A DNA stretch of 63,963 nucleotides, counting the filler, from Stramenopiles sp. TOSAG23-3 (lineage: Eukaryota), in assembly GCA_900128585.1 (NCBI GenBank). It is 4 parts of 4 records of this genome, joined end to end, with 100 filler letters (N's around TTAATTAATTAA, not from the genome) between each part and the next. Parts side by side here need not be neighbours in the genome. Positions count along the whole stretch, not along the records: positions 1 to 20,614 come from LT642372.1; 3 more parts are not named here. One strand, written 5' to 3'. Of the stretch, positions 1 through 10,196 are shown piece by piece. Within the stretch, counting starts at the first letter, position 1; each line of letters opens with the position of its first letter. Under the pieces are notes generated by a model. It searched no databases. It was not told where the DNA came from and saw only the letters and a list, made by a program, of their open reading frames with translations. Made by a program: the position numbers and the translations under genes.

Positions 1-277
1 AAAAGTCTAATAATAATAAAATAATCACACAATCATCATCGATCTCATGTGCATATCTATCATCATCATGTACCCCAACATAATTAAATATTCACACCAC
101 TTTGATACTTTGTCTTTGATTCACAAGTAGTAATAATAGACTTCAATTTTAAGTATGATTCCATTCGAAACAACGAAATATATTGTTTTGGTTGTAACGA
201 CTTCCTATGGTTGATGCATTAGAGAGAGAGAAAGAAAAAAATAATAGGAAGCAACGGGAACGTTGAAGGTTTGTAGA

Positions 278-748
278 ATGGCAACTTTAGCTGCTGTCGA
301 GCAAGAGAACCTTGACTTGGTGGACGTTGCGGAGCAATACTTGTATGCTTTGCAAAGCGACATAGACGTAGATGGAGAGATGGCAGAGATGGACAAAAAG
401 TTTGCGTCTCATGAAGACATGATTTCGAACATTTTTCAGTCTCACAGGAAACTGCACGAGCACCTGATCCAGAACGCAAAAGAAGTGCACCAGCAAGTAT
501 GTAAGAACATGGGCTCAACGAGCGCCGTCCCTTTTGTCAAGACAAGGCTGATGACCAGAAAGTCGAGCGAGAACATAGCAGCTAGGACAGAAGATGTTAT
601 ATTCATGAAGAAGGATGCGCTTGACATTATTGTTAAAAAGAAGAAACCAGCAGTCGTCGAAACCGGGAGAAAGAGGGCAGGGTCGAGGAGTGCCAGCAAA
701 GTTACACGAAAAACTTCGATCTCGCATAAGAAAAGTGGGAGCAACTAA
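278..748 (+). CDS. Hypothetical protein, 156 aa; helical acidic N-terminal half and basic (NLS-like) C-terminus
   Basis: ORF from the first ATG (278) in a coding-like GC island flanked by AT-rich DNA; KKKKP and RKRAGSR basic clusters; no family recognised. Confidence 0.6.
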   Translation: MATLAAVEQENLDLVDVAEQYLYALQSDIDVDGEMAEMDKKFASHEDMISNIFQSHRKLHEHLIQNAKEVHQQVCKNMGSTSAVPFVKTRLMTRKSSENIAARTEDVIFMKKDALDIIVKKKKPAVVETGRKRAGSRSASKVTRKTSISHKKSGSN

Positions 749-1590
749 AAGTCGATCCCCACAAGCGTCGAGTCAAAGACAATCTTTTCCTTTCAGTCAG
801 AAAAATCCTGACATTTTTGTGTGGTTGTGGGCGGCTGGGGGGGGGGGGGGGTTTTGGAATTTCATCGTTCGTTCCTGTTCCTTTTTATATATTGTTGTTA
901 AATTTGTGTACCTTGGGTAATCCTAAAACGTCTATTTAGAACAGGTATATTATCTCTTTTAGATGCTTTTCTTTTTTCAACACAAGAAGAGATCGATAGA
1001 CAGACTGACGATGTATGGTGTAACAGCAGTGATGAAAAAATTAGAAATTATTGATTATATTTTTTATAATAATAAAAAAATATTTTTTTTATTTTCATTT
1101 TAAAATATATATTATTAAAAGAATACAATATTCTTATACTTGTTATAATTAATATTTACTATACGTATTCATTTGTATACATATAATATACTTATAAGTA
1201 TAACTATAATGTTTATTAATACCTATATAAATACATTTTACCTCTGCTCTCGTTTTAGATGTTGTGTTTATAATAATAATAATATCCACAAAAAATCGAG
1301 AATGGGATCATCAGTTCTCATTCTTCCGTCGTCGACACCATCCACCACCACCAAAAATATTATTATTATTAAACATTGAGTACTTTTGCATTTACAATAT
1401 ATAAGTTATGCATACATAGTATTTTTTGCAAATCGAAGTTGATACACATGAATTGGTATATGTAAGAAGACATTGCAGGACACTTTTCTCTCTCTCCCTG
1501 TACCCGTATTAAATTTGCTTTCTCCGTTGTATTTAGAAGGAAAGTTGTTTCCGCTTTACAGTATATACAGTTCACCCCGTCCGTTCGCCA

Positions 1591-2031
1591 ATGGCACGCG
1601 CTTGTTTCTTCTCGTTCGTTTGTAGGGTTGTTGTTGCTGCGCACTTTTTGAGCGAGTTGTATGATAAAATAAATAGGTTCTCTTATTGGAGTAAGCAGGT
1701 AGAAAAAAGCAGTCTGGGCTTGGGGGATTGGAGTATGATGCTTGTTGTGGGACTCTTGGGGGTTGGCTGCACCCTTCTCGTGCTGGGAAAAGGTCTTCCA
1801 CTTGCCTGTTTTTGCCTGGTCCTGTTTCAAGTGCCAACGTCGCTTTATTTTGAAAATTTTTATGACCAAATGGACTCTCTGAGTGCTGTTGGGGGGGTCT
1901 TGGCCGTGATGTTCCTCTCTCGTGAAGTTGGCATCGTTAGGCGTCAAAAGAAGGAGCTCGAGTATCTGTCTGACATCAATATCAATGGGGATAGTTTCTC
2001 CTCTGCGAGTGGAAGCTACAACACGCTTTAG
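1591..2031 (+). CDS. Small polytopic membrane protein, DoxX/SURF4-like
   Basis: 146 aa with about 4 hydrophobic segments; N-terminal R-x5-HF-x5-K pattern and C-terminal 'SAVGGVL' resemble DoxX/SURF4 proteins. Confidence 0.55.
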   Translation: MARACFFSFVCRVVVAAHFLSELYDKINRFSYWSKQVEKSSLGLGDWSMMLVVGLLGVGCTLLVLGKGLPLACFCLVLFQVPTSLYFENFYDQMDSLSAVGGVLAVMFLSREVGIVRRQKKELEYLSDININGDSFSSASGSYNTL

Positions 2032-2418
2032 TAAGCTGCAAACAAAAACTTTGCCGTTCAAATTTATCAGACCCGTGCGTCCGATTCGTATTTTGTGGAA
2101 AAAGGAAGCGCGTGGGAATTTTCGTGTACGGGCATCTAACTTCGTCTTACGGAGTATTTCATGTACTCTTAATTTATAATATGTCTTTTTTTTAAACTGA
2201 GGGTATGATCTTTGTGATACTCGTTTAATACGGTCCTAGAGAAATTTTAAAAATTATTTTTGATATATTGTCTTCAATGCAATAATTTAGTTCATGGGAT
2301 AAAATTCTCGCATTTCAAAAACGAGATGGTAAAGCTAGGGGTGGACTTCAGCGCCCTTGGCAACCTTTGTCATAAACAATTTACAAGTACTTCGTACGCC
2401 GAGCCACAAAGGCTGGCA

Positions 2419-4503
2419 TTACCACCCAGTGTACATCTTGCAGTACGGGTTGAGGTTCAACTCCGGCTCGGAGCACATCCCTGACGACTCATCGATATCA
2501 TCCCGCAACTGCTTGTCTCTGTCAACCAAAAGCTTCGCATACCGCTTTTCGGCAATATCTCTTGCCTTTTCCATGGCTTCAAATTCACGTTTATCAAAGT
2601 CCGCCGGATTCTTTCGCCGAAAGTCACGCTGCGCTTGCTTCTTTTCGCCGATTACCTTCTCCCGGACGAACGCAGCCTTCGCTTTGTTCAAGGCGGTTTT
2701 CGCCACCTTCGCGCCTTTCACCTTCTCCCCTCGCTCCTTGATTTCATCGCGCATCTTGCGCTCAATGTCGCGCGATTTGATCTTCACTTCCGCTTTTCCT
2801 TCGCGGGAATCCATGTACTTGATTGCCGCCTCTTCGCCTTTCTCCCCTGCGGTGTTGACGTACTCGTCCTCCTCTTTCGACCTAACCTGCTCCGCGGCCG
2901 ACCGTTGTCTCAACCACTCCAATTCCGCCGCGTCGTGAGAGATTCGTGCCTCCTCCATGATTCGTGCAATATCCTCTGTCACTTGCGCCTTCTTGTCCTT
3001 CTGCTCCCGCTCTGCCCTCATCTTTAGCCGCTGTATCTTCATCCTAACGTTTGAACCCTTCATCATGTTCATTAGCTGGTTGTAGGCTTCTTTGCTGCTG
3101 CTGTCTTGGCGCTTCTCCATCGTTGCAAAGGCAACGTCAATCGGCCGCTTGTGCACGTAATTGTCCTCCATTGCTGTAAAAACCGCACCCTCGGTGTTGT
3201 GCAACAAAAATTTTATTACGGGCATGGAGCCATTCCGAGCTGCCCAGTGCAGGCACGTGTCCCCATGGGCGTCCTTGTAGTGGGTCTTCGCCCCCGCATC
3301 GATCAGGCATTTCAGTACGTTTATGCGATCCTTCAAATTTCCGATATGGGTCCGGGCGGCCTCCATCAACGGGGTCACGCCGTTCATGATGGTATCCCTG
3401 CAGTTTACATACGTCTCCATCGCTTCATAACCGTAAGCCCGCCGCACGTGCTCAGTCAACCACTTGACCAGTTCAACATGGCTGCGCCAGCACGCCATGT
3501 GAAGCACTGTGCTCCCCGTGCCCCCGCGATCGTGGTGCCTCCGAACGTCCCATTTCCGGTGCTGGACGTACTGCTTCACAAACCTCACGTCGCCCTCTGC
3601 AGCGGCTTCGTATATTGTCCGCTTGTCGTTTTTTTCCGCGGTCGCCCGCTCAGACTTTGCAGACCTAGTGTTTCGCTTTGAGTCCTTGCTTTGTTTGGAC
3701 TCTTCCTTCTCTTCGCCCTCGTGCCTTATTCGCTCCTTCTTCCAAAATTCTTTGGAAAACTTTAAACGTTCTAACATTTTTAACTGGGACTGAGGGCGTT
3801 CTTCCTTCTCGACTTCTTTCACTTCGCTGTAATCGTCTGCTGTGCTAGACTTGACTTTTTTCTCTCTTTTCGTCGTCTCTGCCGCGGCCTCCTGCGCTAG
3901 CAAATCATTGTACCTCTTTTGTCTATCGGAGTCTCGCTTCGCCCGCTTGGAAATTTCTTTGGGCGTCGCGTCTTTTATAGCCTGCAAGCGAGCGGCTTCC
4001 TCCGCCTCCGCCGTGGCCTTGGCCTCCAAGCGAGCGGCTTCCTCCGCCTTGGCCTTGGCCTCGGCCTCCTTCGCAGCAATGGCCGCTTTATCTTCAGCGG
4101 AAAGTGCAGGCTCTTCTAACCGTGGAGGAGGGGCGTCCTCACGGGCGGGGGGGGCTTCGTCCTCACGGGGTGGGGGACCTTCGTCCTCGCGTGGGGGGGG
4201 CACGTCGTCCCGGGCTGGAGGGCCTTCGTCCTCACGGGGGGGGGGCGCGTCGTCTCGGGCTGGAGGACCTTCGTCCTCGCGAGGGGGCGGGGCGTCGTCC
4301 CGAGCTGGTGGTACTTCATCCTCACGAGGGGGTGGCGCGTCGTCCCGAGCTGGAGGACCTTCATCCTCGCGGGGAGGTGGTGCGTCGTCCCGAGCTGGAG
4401 GGCCTTCATCCTCGCGGGGAGGTGGCGCGTCGTCCCGAGCTGGAGGGCCTTCATCCTCGCGGGGAGGTGGCGCGTCGTCCCGGGAAGGTGGTGCGTCGGT
4501 CAT
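2419..4503 (-). CDS. Ankyrin-repeat, coiled-coil protein with N-terminal Pro/acidic tandem repeats
   Basis: 694-aa ORF; ankyrin motifs (IYEAAAEGDV, GSTVLHMACW, GVTPLMEAA, GDTCLHWAARNG, KRPIDVA); charged coiled-coil tail. Confidence 0.85.
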   Translation of the reverse strand: MTDAPPSRDDAPPPREDEGPPARDDAPPPREDEGPPARDDAPPPREDEGPPARDDAPPPREDEVPPARDDAPPPREDEGPPARDDAPPPREDEGPPARDDVPPPREDEGPPPREDEAPPAREDAPPPRLEEPALSAEDKAAIAAKEAEAKAKAEEAARLEAKATAEAEEAARLQAIKDATPKEISKRAKRDSDRQKRYNDLLAQEAAAETTKREKKVKSSTADDYSEVKEVEKEERPQSQLKMLERLKFSKEFWKKERIRHEGEEKEESKQSKDSKRNTRSAKSERATAEKNDKRTIYEAAAEGDVRFVKQYVQHRKWDVRRHHDRGGTGSTVLHMACWRSHVELVKWLTEHVRRAYGYEAMETYVNCRDTIMNGVTPLMEAARTHIGNLKDRINVLKCLIDAGAKTHYKDAHGDTCLHWAARNGSMPVIKFLLHNTEGAVFTAMEDNYVHKRPIDVAFATMEKRQDSSSKEAYNQLMNMMKGSNVRMKIQRLKMRAEREQKDKKAQVTEDIARIMEEARISHDAAELEWLRQRSAAEQVRSKEEDEYVNTAGEKGEEAAIKYMDSREGKAEVKIKSRDIERKMRDEIKERGEKVKGAKVAKTALNKAKAAFVREKVIGEKKQAQRDFRRKNPADFDKREFEAMEKARDIAEKRYAKLLVDRDKQLRDDIDESSGMCSEPELNLNPYCKMYTGW
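4122..4497 (-). repeat. Coding minisatellite, 45-bp unit encoding PPARDDAPPPREDEG (about 8 copies)
   Basis: Repeated 'ggaggnccttcntcctcncg...gcgcgtcgtcccgngct' visible in the DNA and in the translation. Confidence 0.9.
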
Positions 4504-5584
4504 TACAGGTTTGTACAGTCTATCAAATGCAAGTGTTTGAATTCACACCTAAAACTAAAAAATACAATAATTATAATCTTAGAAATTCTAAATCTTGTCT
4601 CTTTCTATCCATCACAATATCAACCTGTTCCTTCTATCCCTCTTTCTTTTCATAAAACAAGCACTGTACCACAAGTATGAAGGGAGACAAACAAAACAGA
4701 AGCATCATCAGGAGGAGGATTATTTTTTTTTATTTTTTTATTATTATATAGTAGAGCTTCTTTTCTTCTTCTTCTTTGCTTCTCTTCTTCTTCTTCTTCT
4801 TCTTCTTGATGTTTTATTTTATTATTATTATTATTAGTTGGTATTATTATACTGTAATATAACGGTGGGTGGAATAAAAACAATATTTAATAAATAAATC
4901 TACAAAATAATAATAATTTTTCAACGGCAAAAAAAGAAAAAGAAATAAAAAGAATCATCAAAAACAAAATCAAATAGGTAATTTTATATAGTATATCTAT
5001 TTTAATAAATAAGTACGGTCAAAAATAATAGAAGACGTTAGCTTAGTTAACATTTTGCTTTATTTTATCCATTCTATTCCTATTCTATTTCAATATTATT
5101 CTCCATTAGTCGTTCTAGTCCTCTAATATCGTAATACGTATATAGAAGTGACCGACAAAGTCACTTCGCTAATATACAGGAAACCCAAAATTAGTAGGGA
5201 GATAGTATAGGACAAAATGAACAATGATTACCCATCAAATAAACGAGCATGAACAGGTAATAACAAGGGGAAAAAATTATAAAGAAGTTTTTAATTTGTT
5301 GTTGTTGTTGAATGAAAATTCATTCTTCTTATTATTAGAAGAGAGAGAGAGAGAGAGAGGGTTTATTTTCGAAAACTTATTTTGAGAACGACTAAATAAA
5401 TATATGCCAGCTACATCTTTGTATGTCTTCATATGTTCATTTGATTAGATTAACTTGTTGCCTTTTTTTTTTAACTCGGCTGTCTTCTTTAAATCATCTT
5501 TACAGAAAATTACACTTTCTTTTGTTCAAATACACATAACACTTCATTGAAGCAAGAACTCCTGAAACGGAACGACAATACAAC

Positions 5585-7930
5585 ATGGCAACGTTTGTAG
5601 GTGAAAACTCGACAGAGCTTCTGAACAAACAGACCGTTGCCTTGGAGGCGACTGGTGCTGTATCAAAGGCTAGTGTCACAGTCAAAGCGGTCGTCTCGCT
5701 GCGTTACAAAGAGGGGTACAAAATTCTCGCCCAAGTAGGGGATTGGAAAAATTCATACAAAGGCACCATTACGCGTGCCAACGCAGACGGCACCTATGCT
5801 GTCCTTTTCGACGACGGTGAAAAGGTTGAGAAAGTTCAACCGTCAGAAATAAAGAGCGTGGTGAACAGTGAAAAGGACATTGTTGTTGCAGAAGGGATCT
5901 CTGCCTCGCGGGCTAAACAAGTAGGAAAATGCACGTCGGAGTACACGGTTTCGTTCGACGACGACAACGCCAAAAAGTCCAAAGGGGGGTCGAGCCAAAT
6001 GACGCTGCAAGAGCGCTTCAACGCTATGAGGCGCAAAAAATTGGCGGAAAGCAAGCATGCAAACTACGTCCGTCGCCGCGGGCAACGGTCTAAGGAAAGG
6101 AAGGATAAGCTTCGGAAAGATTTTATTGCGCAAGTCAAAAAGTACATTGGTGTCCCATATGCTCAAAAGTACCACGAGAAGGGCACCGAAGCGTTCGAAT
6201 CCCCCATATTCTTGGATTGCTGCGCGTTGATCAGGCGGGCGCAAAACGATCTGGCCGAAGACTTCGGGTTTCTTCTTGGCCGGTGGAACCAGAACTACCA
6301 GATGTCCACCCTCCCTGAAGTGGCAAAATTTGAAGACTTGAAAGAGGGGGACCTCATATTTTACGAGGCTGCTTACTACAACCCAGAAAAGGCCAAGAAG
6401 CAACGCTTGGATCTCGTCCACGTGGAGATGTTTTACCCCGGGAAAACGGGAAGGGGCACCATCGGTTCCCGATGGCAGAAAGGCCGAGTGCAAGAATTCG
6501 ACTCTTACGAGTTTACGTCAAAGAACTACCACTCCGTAAAACACCATTTTCGCAGCATAGACAGGTGGTTGAATGGGGAATGCACGCCTTCTCACGACTT
6601 TTGGCCTGTAAATAATATTTCAAACATGGCAACCAACAAATACTCAATGTTCAATGCGGAGAACCTTGCCACTAGCGAATCGGCAGACGGCACAGAGGAT
6701 TCCGTGTCCCTTCAGAACGTCAGAAAGCGCTTCTACGTTGGGCAAGGAAATGGCTGGAAAATGATTGCTGATTCTCTGTTTGCACGAGGGGATTGGATTC
6801 AAGTGCCGTTTGACCAAGGCTTCAGCCAGAACTACCACTTGAAATGGGTAGAACGACGCTCAGAAATCGATTTTGCAACATTGAAGGAAAACAATCAAAT
6901 TGCAAACCACATTTCCAACAACGACGTCATTACGACGAAGAAGGGCCTGATGGAAGTGTTGAAATTTTTACACAATGAAGAATTTATAGACATTTCTTTT
7001 TTTCCAACCTCATACGACTTCACCCTTGCAAGCGATAGATTGGAGTTCTTGTCGCATATCAAGGGAAAAGGAGACTATGTGGCGGGCGTCCTAGACCCAT
7101 GGATCGTGAAACCGATCGCCATGAACCGTGGAAGGGGCATAAAGATTTACAAGAATGCAAAGCCAATCTGCAACGAGCTGCTGGGCGGCAGGGACCTCGA
7201 GAATTGTGGGGGAATTGACAAGTGGAACGGTTCGAACGCATTGAACGGTTTCATCTGCCAAAAGTACTTGACAAATCCTTTGTTGATTGACGGTAAAAAG
7301 TTCGACATTCGAGTGTACTGCTTGGTTTCAGAATGCCATTCCGAACAGTTCATGGCGTTCTACGCCCCAGGTTACTTGCGAATGTCTCTTGAGAAGTATA
7401 CAAACACCGATTTTACCAATCAATTTGTCCATTTGAACAACATTGCGATTCAGAAAAATCACAAAGACTACAAGCAGAGGCGCGAAGAGTCCATCTGGAA
7501 CTTTGATCAACTGAATTCTTACTTAAATGAAAAAGGTATCGGGGAAAAGGACTGGGCTCTAAACGGCTTTCAGCACGAGATGAAACGAATCATGTCCATC
7601 TTGCTCGTTGGGGCCTCTAAATCTTTGGAGCGGAAAAAGGGTACCTTTGATCTGCTCGGGTTTGATTTCATGGTCGATGCCGACCTAAATGTAAAGCTAA
7701 TTGAGGTCAACACGAATCCAGCGCTTCACAAGAATGACGGCAAGTGGTTGCAAACCTTGTTTCCTAAACTGGTCACAGAGACGCTAGATATTGTGCTGAA
7801 ATCAAATGAACTCGACGGAAGTGAAATGTTTGAAGACGCAGAAGAAAGCAGCGGCAAACCCGAGAAGATAGATGGACTCTTCGAGCTGATTTATAATGAG
7901 AAAGGGCGGTTTATGTATCACCAACAATGA
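5585..7930 (+). CDS. Tudor/Agenet-like + NlpC/P60 peptidase + tubulin-tyrosine-ligase-like (TTLL10-like) ATP-grasp fusion protein
   Basis: 781 aa. Tudor-like 'YKGTITRANADGTYAVLFDDGE'. NlpC/P60 'KYIGVPY...LDCCAL...LKEGDLIFY...VHVEM'. TTL motifs 'WIVKP..NRGRGI', 'QKYL.NPLLIDGKKFDIRVY', 'HLNN.AIQK', 'DLLGFDFMVD', 'LIEVNTNPALH'. Confidence 0.88.
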   Translation: MATFVGENSTELLNKQTVALEATGAVSKASVTVKAVVSLRYKEGYKILAQVGDWKNSYKGTITRANADGTYAVLFDDGEKVEKVQPSEIKSVVNSEKDIVVAEGISASRAKQVGKCTSEYTVSFDDDNAKKSKGGSSQMTLQERFNAMRRKKLAESKHANYVRRRGQRSKERKDKLRKDFIAQVKKYIGVPYAQKYHEKGTEAFESPIFLDCCALIRRAQNDLAEDFGFLLGRWNQNYQMSTLPEVAKFEDLKEGDLIFYEAAYYNPEKAKKQRLDLVHVEMFYPGKTGRGTIGSRWQKGRVQEFDSYEFTSKNYHSVKHHFRSIDRWLNGECTPSHDFWPVNNISNMATNKYSMFNAENLATSESADGTEDSVSLQNVRKRFYVGQGNGWKMIADSLFARGDWIQVPFDQGFSQNYHLKWVERRSEIDFATLKENNQIANHISNNDVITTKKGLMEVLKFLHNEEFIDISFFPTSYDFTLASDRLEFLSHIKGKGDYVAGVLDPWIVKPIAMNRGRGIKIYKNAKPICNELLGGRDLENCGGIDKWNGSNALNGFICQKYLTNPLLIDGKKFDIRVYCLVSECHSEQFMAFYAPGYLRMSLEKYTNTDFTNQFVHLNNIAIQKNHKDYKQRREESIWNFDQLNSYLNEKGIGEKDWALNGFQHEMKRIMSILLVGASKSLERKKGTFDLLGFDFMVDADLNVKLIEVNTNPALHKNDGKWLQTLFPKLVTETLDIVLKSNELDGSEMFEDAEESSGKPEKIDGLFELIYNEKGRFMYHQQ

Positions 7931-7960
7931 TGATGCGATGATGCACATCCTTTTAATGAT

Positions 7961-8038
7961 AAAAAAAACAAATTATATAGTATAATATGCTTTAAGACTC
8001 TCATTTTAATATCAATTATGATTTCAGTTCCAACCTTA
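7961..8038 (+). repeat. Dispersed ~70-bp element, copy 1 (copy 2 at 56098-56170)
   Basis: Shared blocks aaaaaacaaattatatagta / tatgctttaagactctcattttaa / atcaatt / atttcagttccaacc. Confidence 0.85.
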
Positions 8039-8177
8039 ATCCTAAGCATTTCTGATAAAAACAAAATAAAAGCTGTTTGAAATTTAACAGTATCATATGC
8101 TTTTGTTTTTTTAAATACATATACACGAGTAAATAACAGCTGCTATTATTTTGTTTTTTTAGTTAGTGGGTGAAACG

Positions 8178-9446
8178 TCAAGACTCCTGCTGGGAGGCAA
8201 GTTTGCCGTCTGCGTTGGCACTCTCTCCCTTTGCAATCTCTACCTCGTACGAGATTGAATTACTGTACCACCAGGAATGCTCATTGCTCCACCGCAACAG
8301 TAAAAGGCCGCTTTCGCTTCCTTTGTACTCTCCCGATTGAGGCCCTCCTATTTTCTCTACTTTTTGTTCAGCCAGAATCGGTATTGTGACTGTTCCGGAA
8401 CTTTCGCTTTCACCGCTGCGGCTGTTGCGGAAAAATTTGACACTGAACATAATATCTTTGCTATGCACTTCAAACTTCCAGCTCGCCGACGTAGACCCCG
8501 CTTGTGGGTCTATCTCAACAAGGACTTCGCGGTATTTTCCAGCGTTGATGGTCACATTATCGCCCTTCATCTCGTTCCCTCCGCCCGTGTCCTTGGCTTT
8601 TCGGAAGCTTATCAGGGCACTAAGGGTTCGTGTGCTTATTTGATCCATTATATGCTTTCGGTAATCGTGCCCATGGATAAAGATACGGCTCCTTGTACGT
8701 TTCGGTATGGCGTGCTTCGCCATAGCGTACAAAGTACGAACTATCATTGGAGCGTTAATCAAAAAGATCCGTCCCACAAACTCGACGTGAGTGCACGTTA
8801 GCGCTCGGTCGCTAAAATCTTTGTCTACAGCTGACCATTCTTTATTATTCAAATTGGCCATCGATGCACCAGCGCAGTCGACAATGACCACTTGCTTCAT
8901 CAACCGATTGTACTTGCGTGACAGCCTGTCCATCTGAATCTGGCGCAAAATCAAGTCTTCGAGTTTTGTCTCCCATATTTGCTCGACAGTTAGTGCCTCC
9001 ATCAAGTTTTTTGTGTTGTGGTCTCCCTCCGGGAGGTAAATTATGACGTGGCCTGAGGGGTTTTCGCCCGCGCTCAGCTGATTTGGGAAGTGCTCTGCCC
9101 ACGCACTTCCGTGGGTCAAATCCTCTTGGCCGAACAATGGTTTTTCGTCCAAAATTTTTACCATTCTCTGCCTCACCTCGTCCAAGTTAAACTCCGCGCG
9201 CAGGGCTATGTGCTTCTTAAACAGCTTCACGGCCTCTGGTATCTCGCGGTTACACCCACGCAAAAATCGCAATAAATTAAAGTGCCCAACAACTTCAGGG
9301 AACTCGCTGTGCTTTCCCGTGGTCAACAGATCCCCAAGATCTGCCTTTAGCTTTAACAGCAACTCTTCTTCCTCAGGACTCGCCATTTGCGTGTCCCACG
9401 AAGGGTCGTCCACGATAGCAGCAGTATCCGTCGCCAAGCTTGCCAT
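8178..9446 (-). CDS. SEC14-like lipid-binding protein (CRAL-TRIO + C-terminal GOLD domain)
   Basis: 'LLRFLRG' CRAL-TRIO N domain; 'VVIVDCAG', 'RIFLINAP', 'IPKRTRSRI'; GOLD 'WKFEVHSKDIMFSV...GLLLLRWSNEHSWWYSNSISY'. Confidence 0.92.
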   Translation of the reverse strand: MASLATDTAAIVDDPSWDTQMASPEEEELLLKLKADLGDLLTTGKHSEFPEVVGHFNLLRFLRGCNREIPEAVKLFKKHIALRAEFNLDEVRQRMVKILDEKPLFGQEDLTHGSAWAEHFPNQLSAGENPSGHVIIYLPEGDHNTKNLMEALTVEQIWETKLEDLILRQIQMDRLSRKYNRLMKQVVIVDCAGASMANLNNKEWSAVDKDFSDRALTCTHVEFVGRIFLINAPMIVRTLYAMAKHAIPKRTRSRIFIHGHDYRKHIMDQISTRTLSALISFRKAKDTGGGNEMKGDNVTINAGKYREVLVEIDPQAGSTSASWKFEVHSKDIMFSVKFFRNSRSGESESSGTVTIPILAEQKVEKIGGPQSGEYKGSESGLLLLRWSNEHSWWYSNSISYEVEIAKGESANADGKLASQQES

Positions 9447-10196
9447 AATCTTCCGGTCGTCTATTAAGTTTGTTTATCTTATGTATCAATCAACCCCTGT
9501 GCTTTTACGAATGCGTAATTTCTTAGAGTAAATTTTATGCGAAAAAACCTGCACTATTCATTTGAGTTTAGATAATAGAATGCTGCTATTTGGTCGATTG
9601 ACACATGATGATTGTCTGTCCGGAGAAGATGCGCATCAACAAATATATATATTAGACGACTATTATGATTGATAAATCTTTTATTATTCTATTTATTTAT
9701 TTTTATTTTTTTCTTCTTATTACTGTATTATTATTTATTATTATAATTTTTTAGTTCGTAAGCTTATTACCAGTAGTATAATACCTCGTCGTATTTATAC
9801 ATAATAATATAGTTTTTTTTTTTTTTTTGATTGATTTTATTCGAAGTACTATTATTAATACTTGTTGTTAATATTAGACACGTAGTCACTATTTAATAAT
9901 AATTTTATTATCTCATTTTTTCTTTTGTTTTAGTCAAAACCATTAAAATATAATTAATACCATCCAACAAGAAACAGCAACAGAGCAACAGAAGAATGGT
10001 GGACGGAAAAATTAAACACCGTCGTACACCGCCGCGTGACACCTCCGTTTTAACATGAAATTTATGTCTTGGTTTTTCAATAATTTGATGAACAAGTAAT
10101 TATTTTCTGCATATGCTAACTTATAAACCAGAACGAGCCGGTGATTCAGGTATTTTCGTCTGCTCGTGAAGATGTGAACTTCGCCCAAGAATTAAA

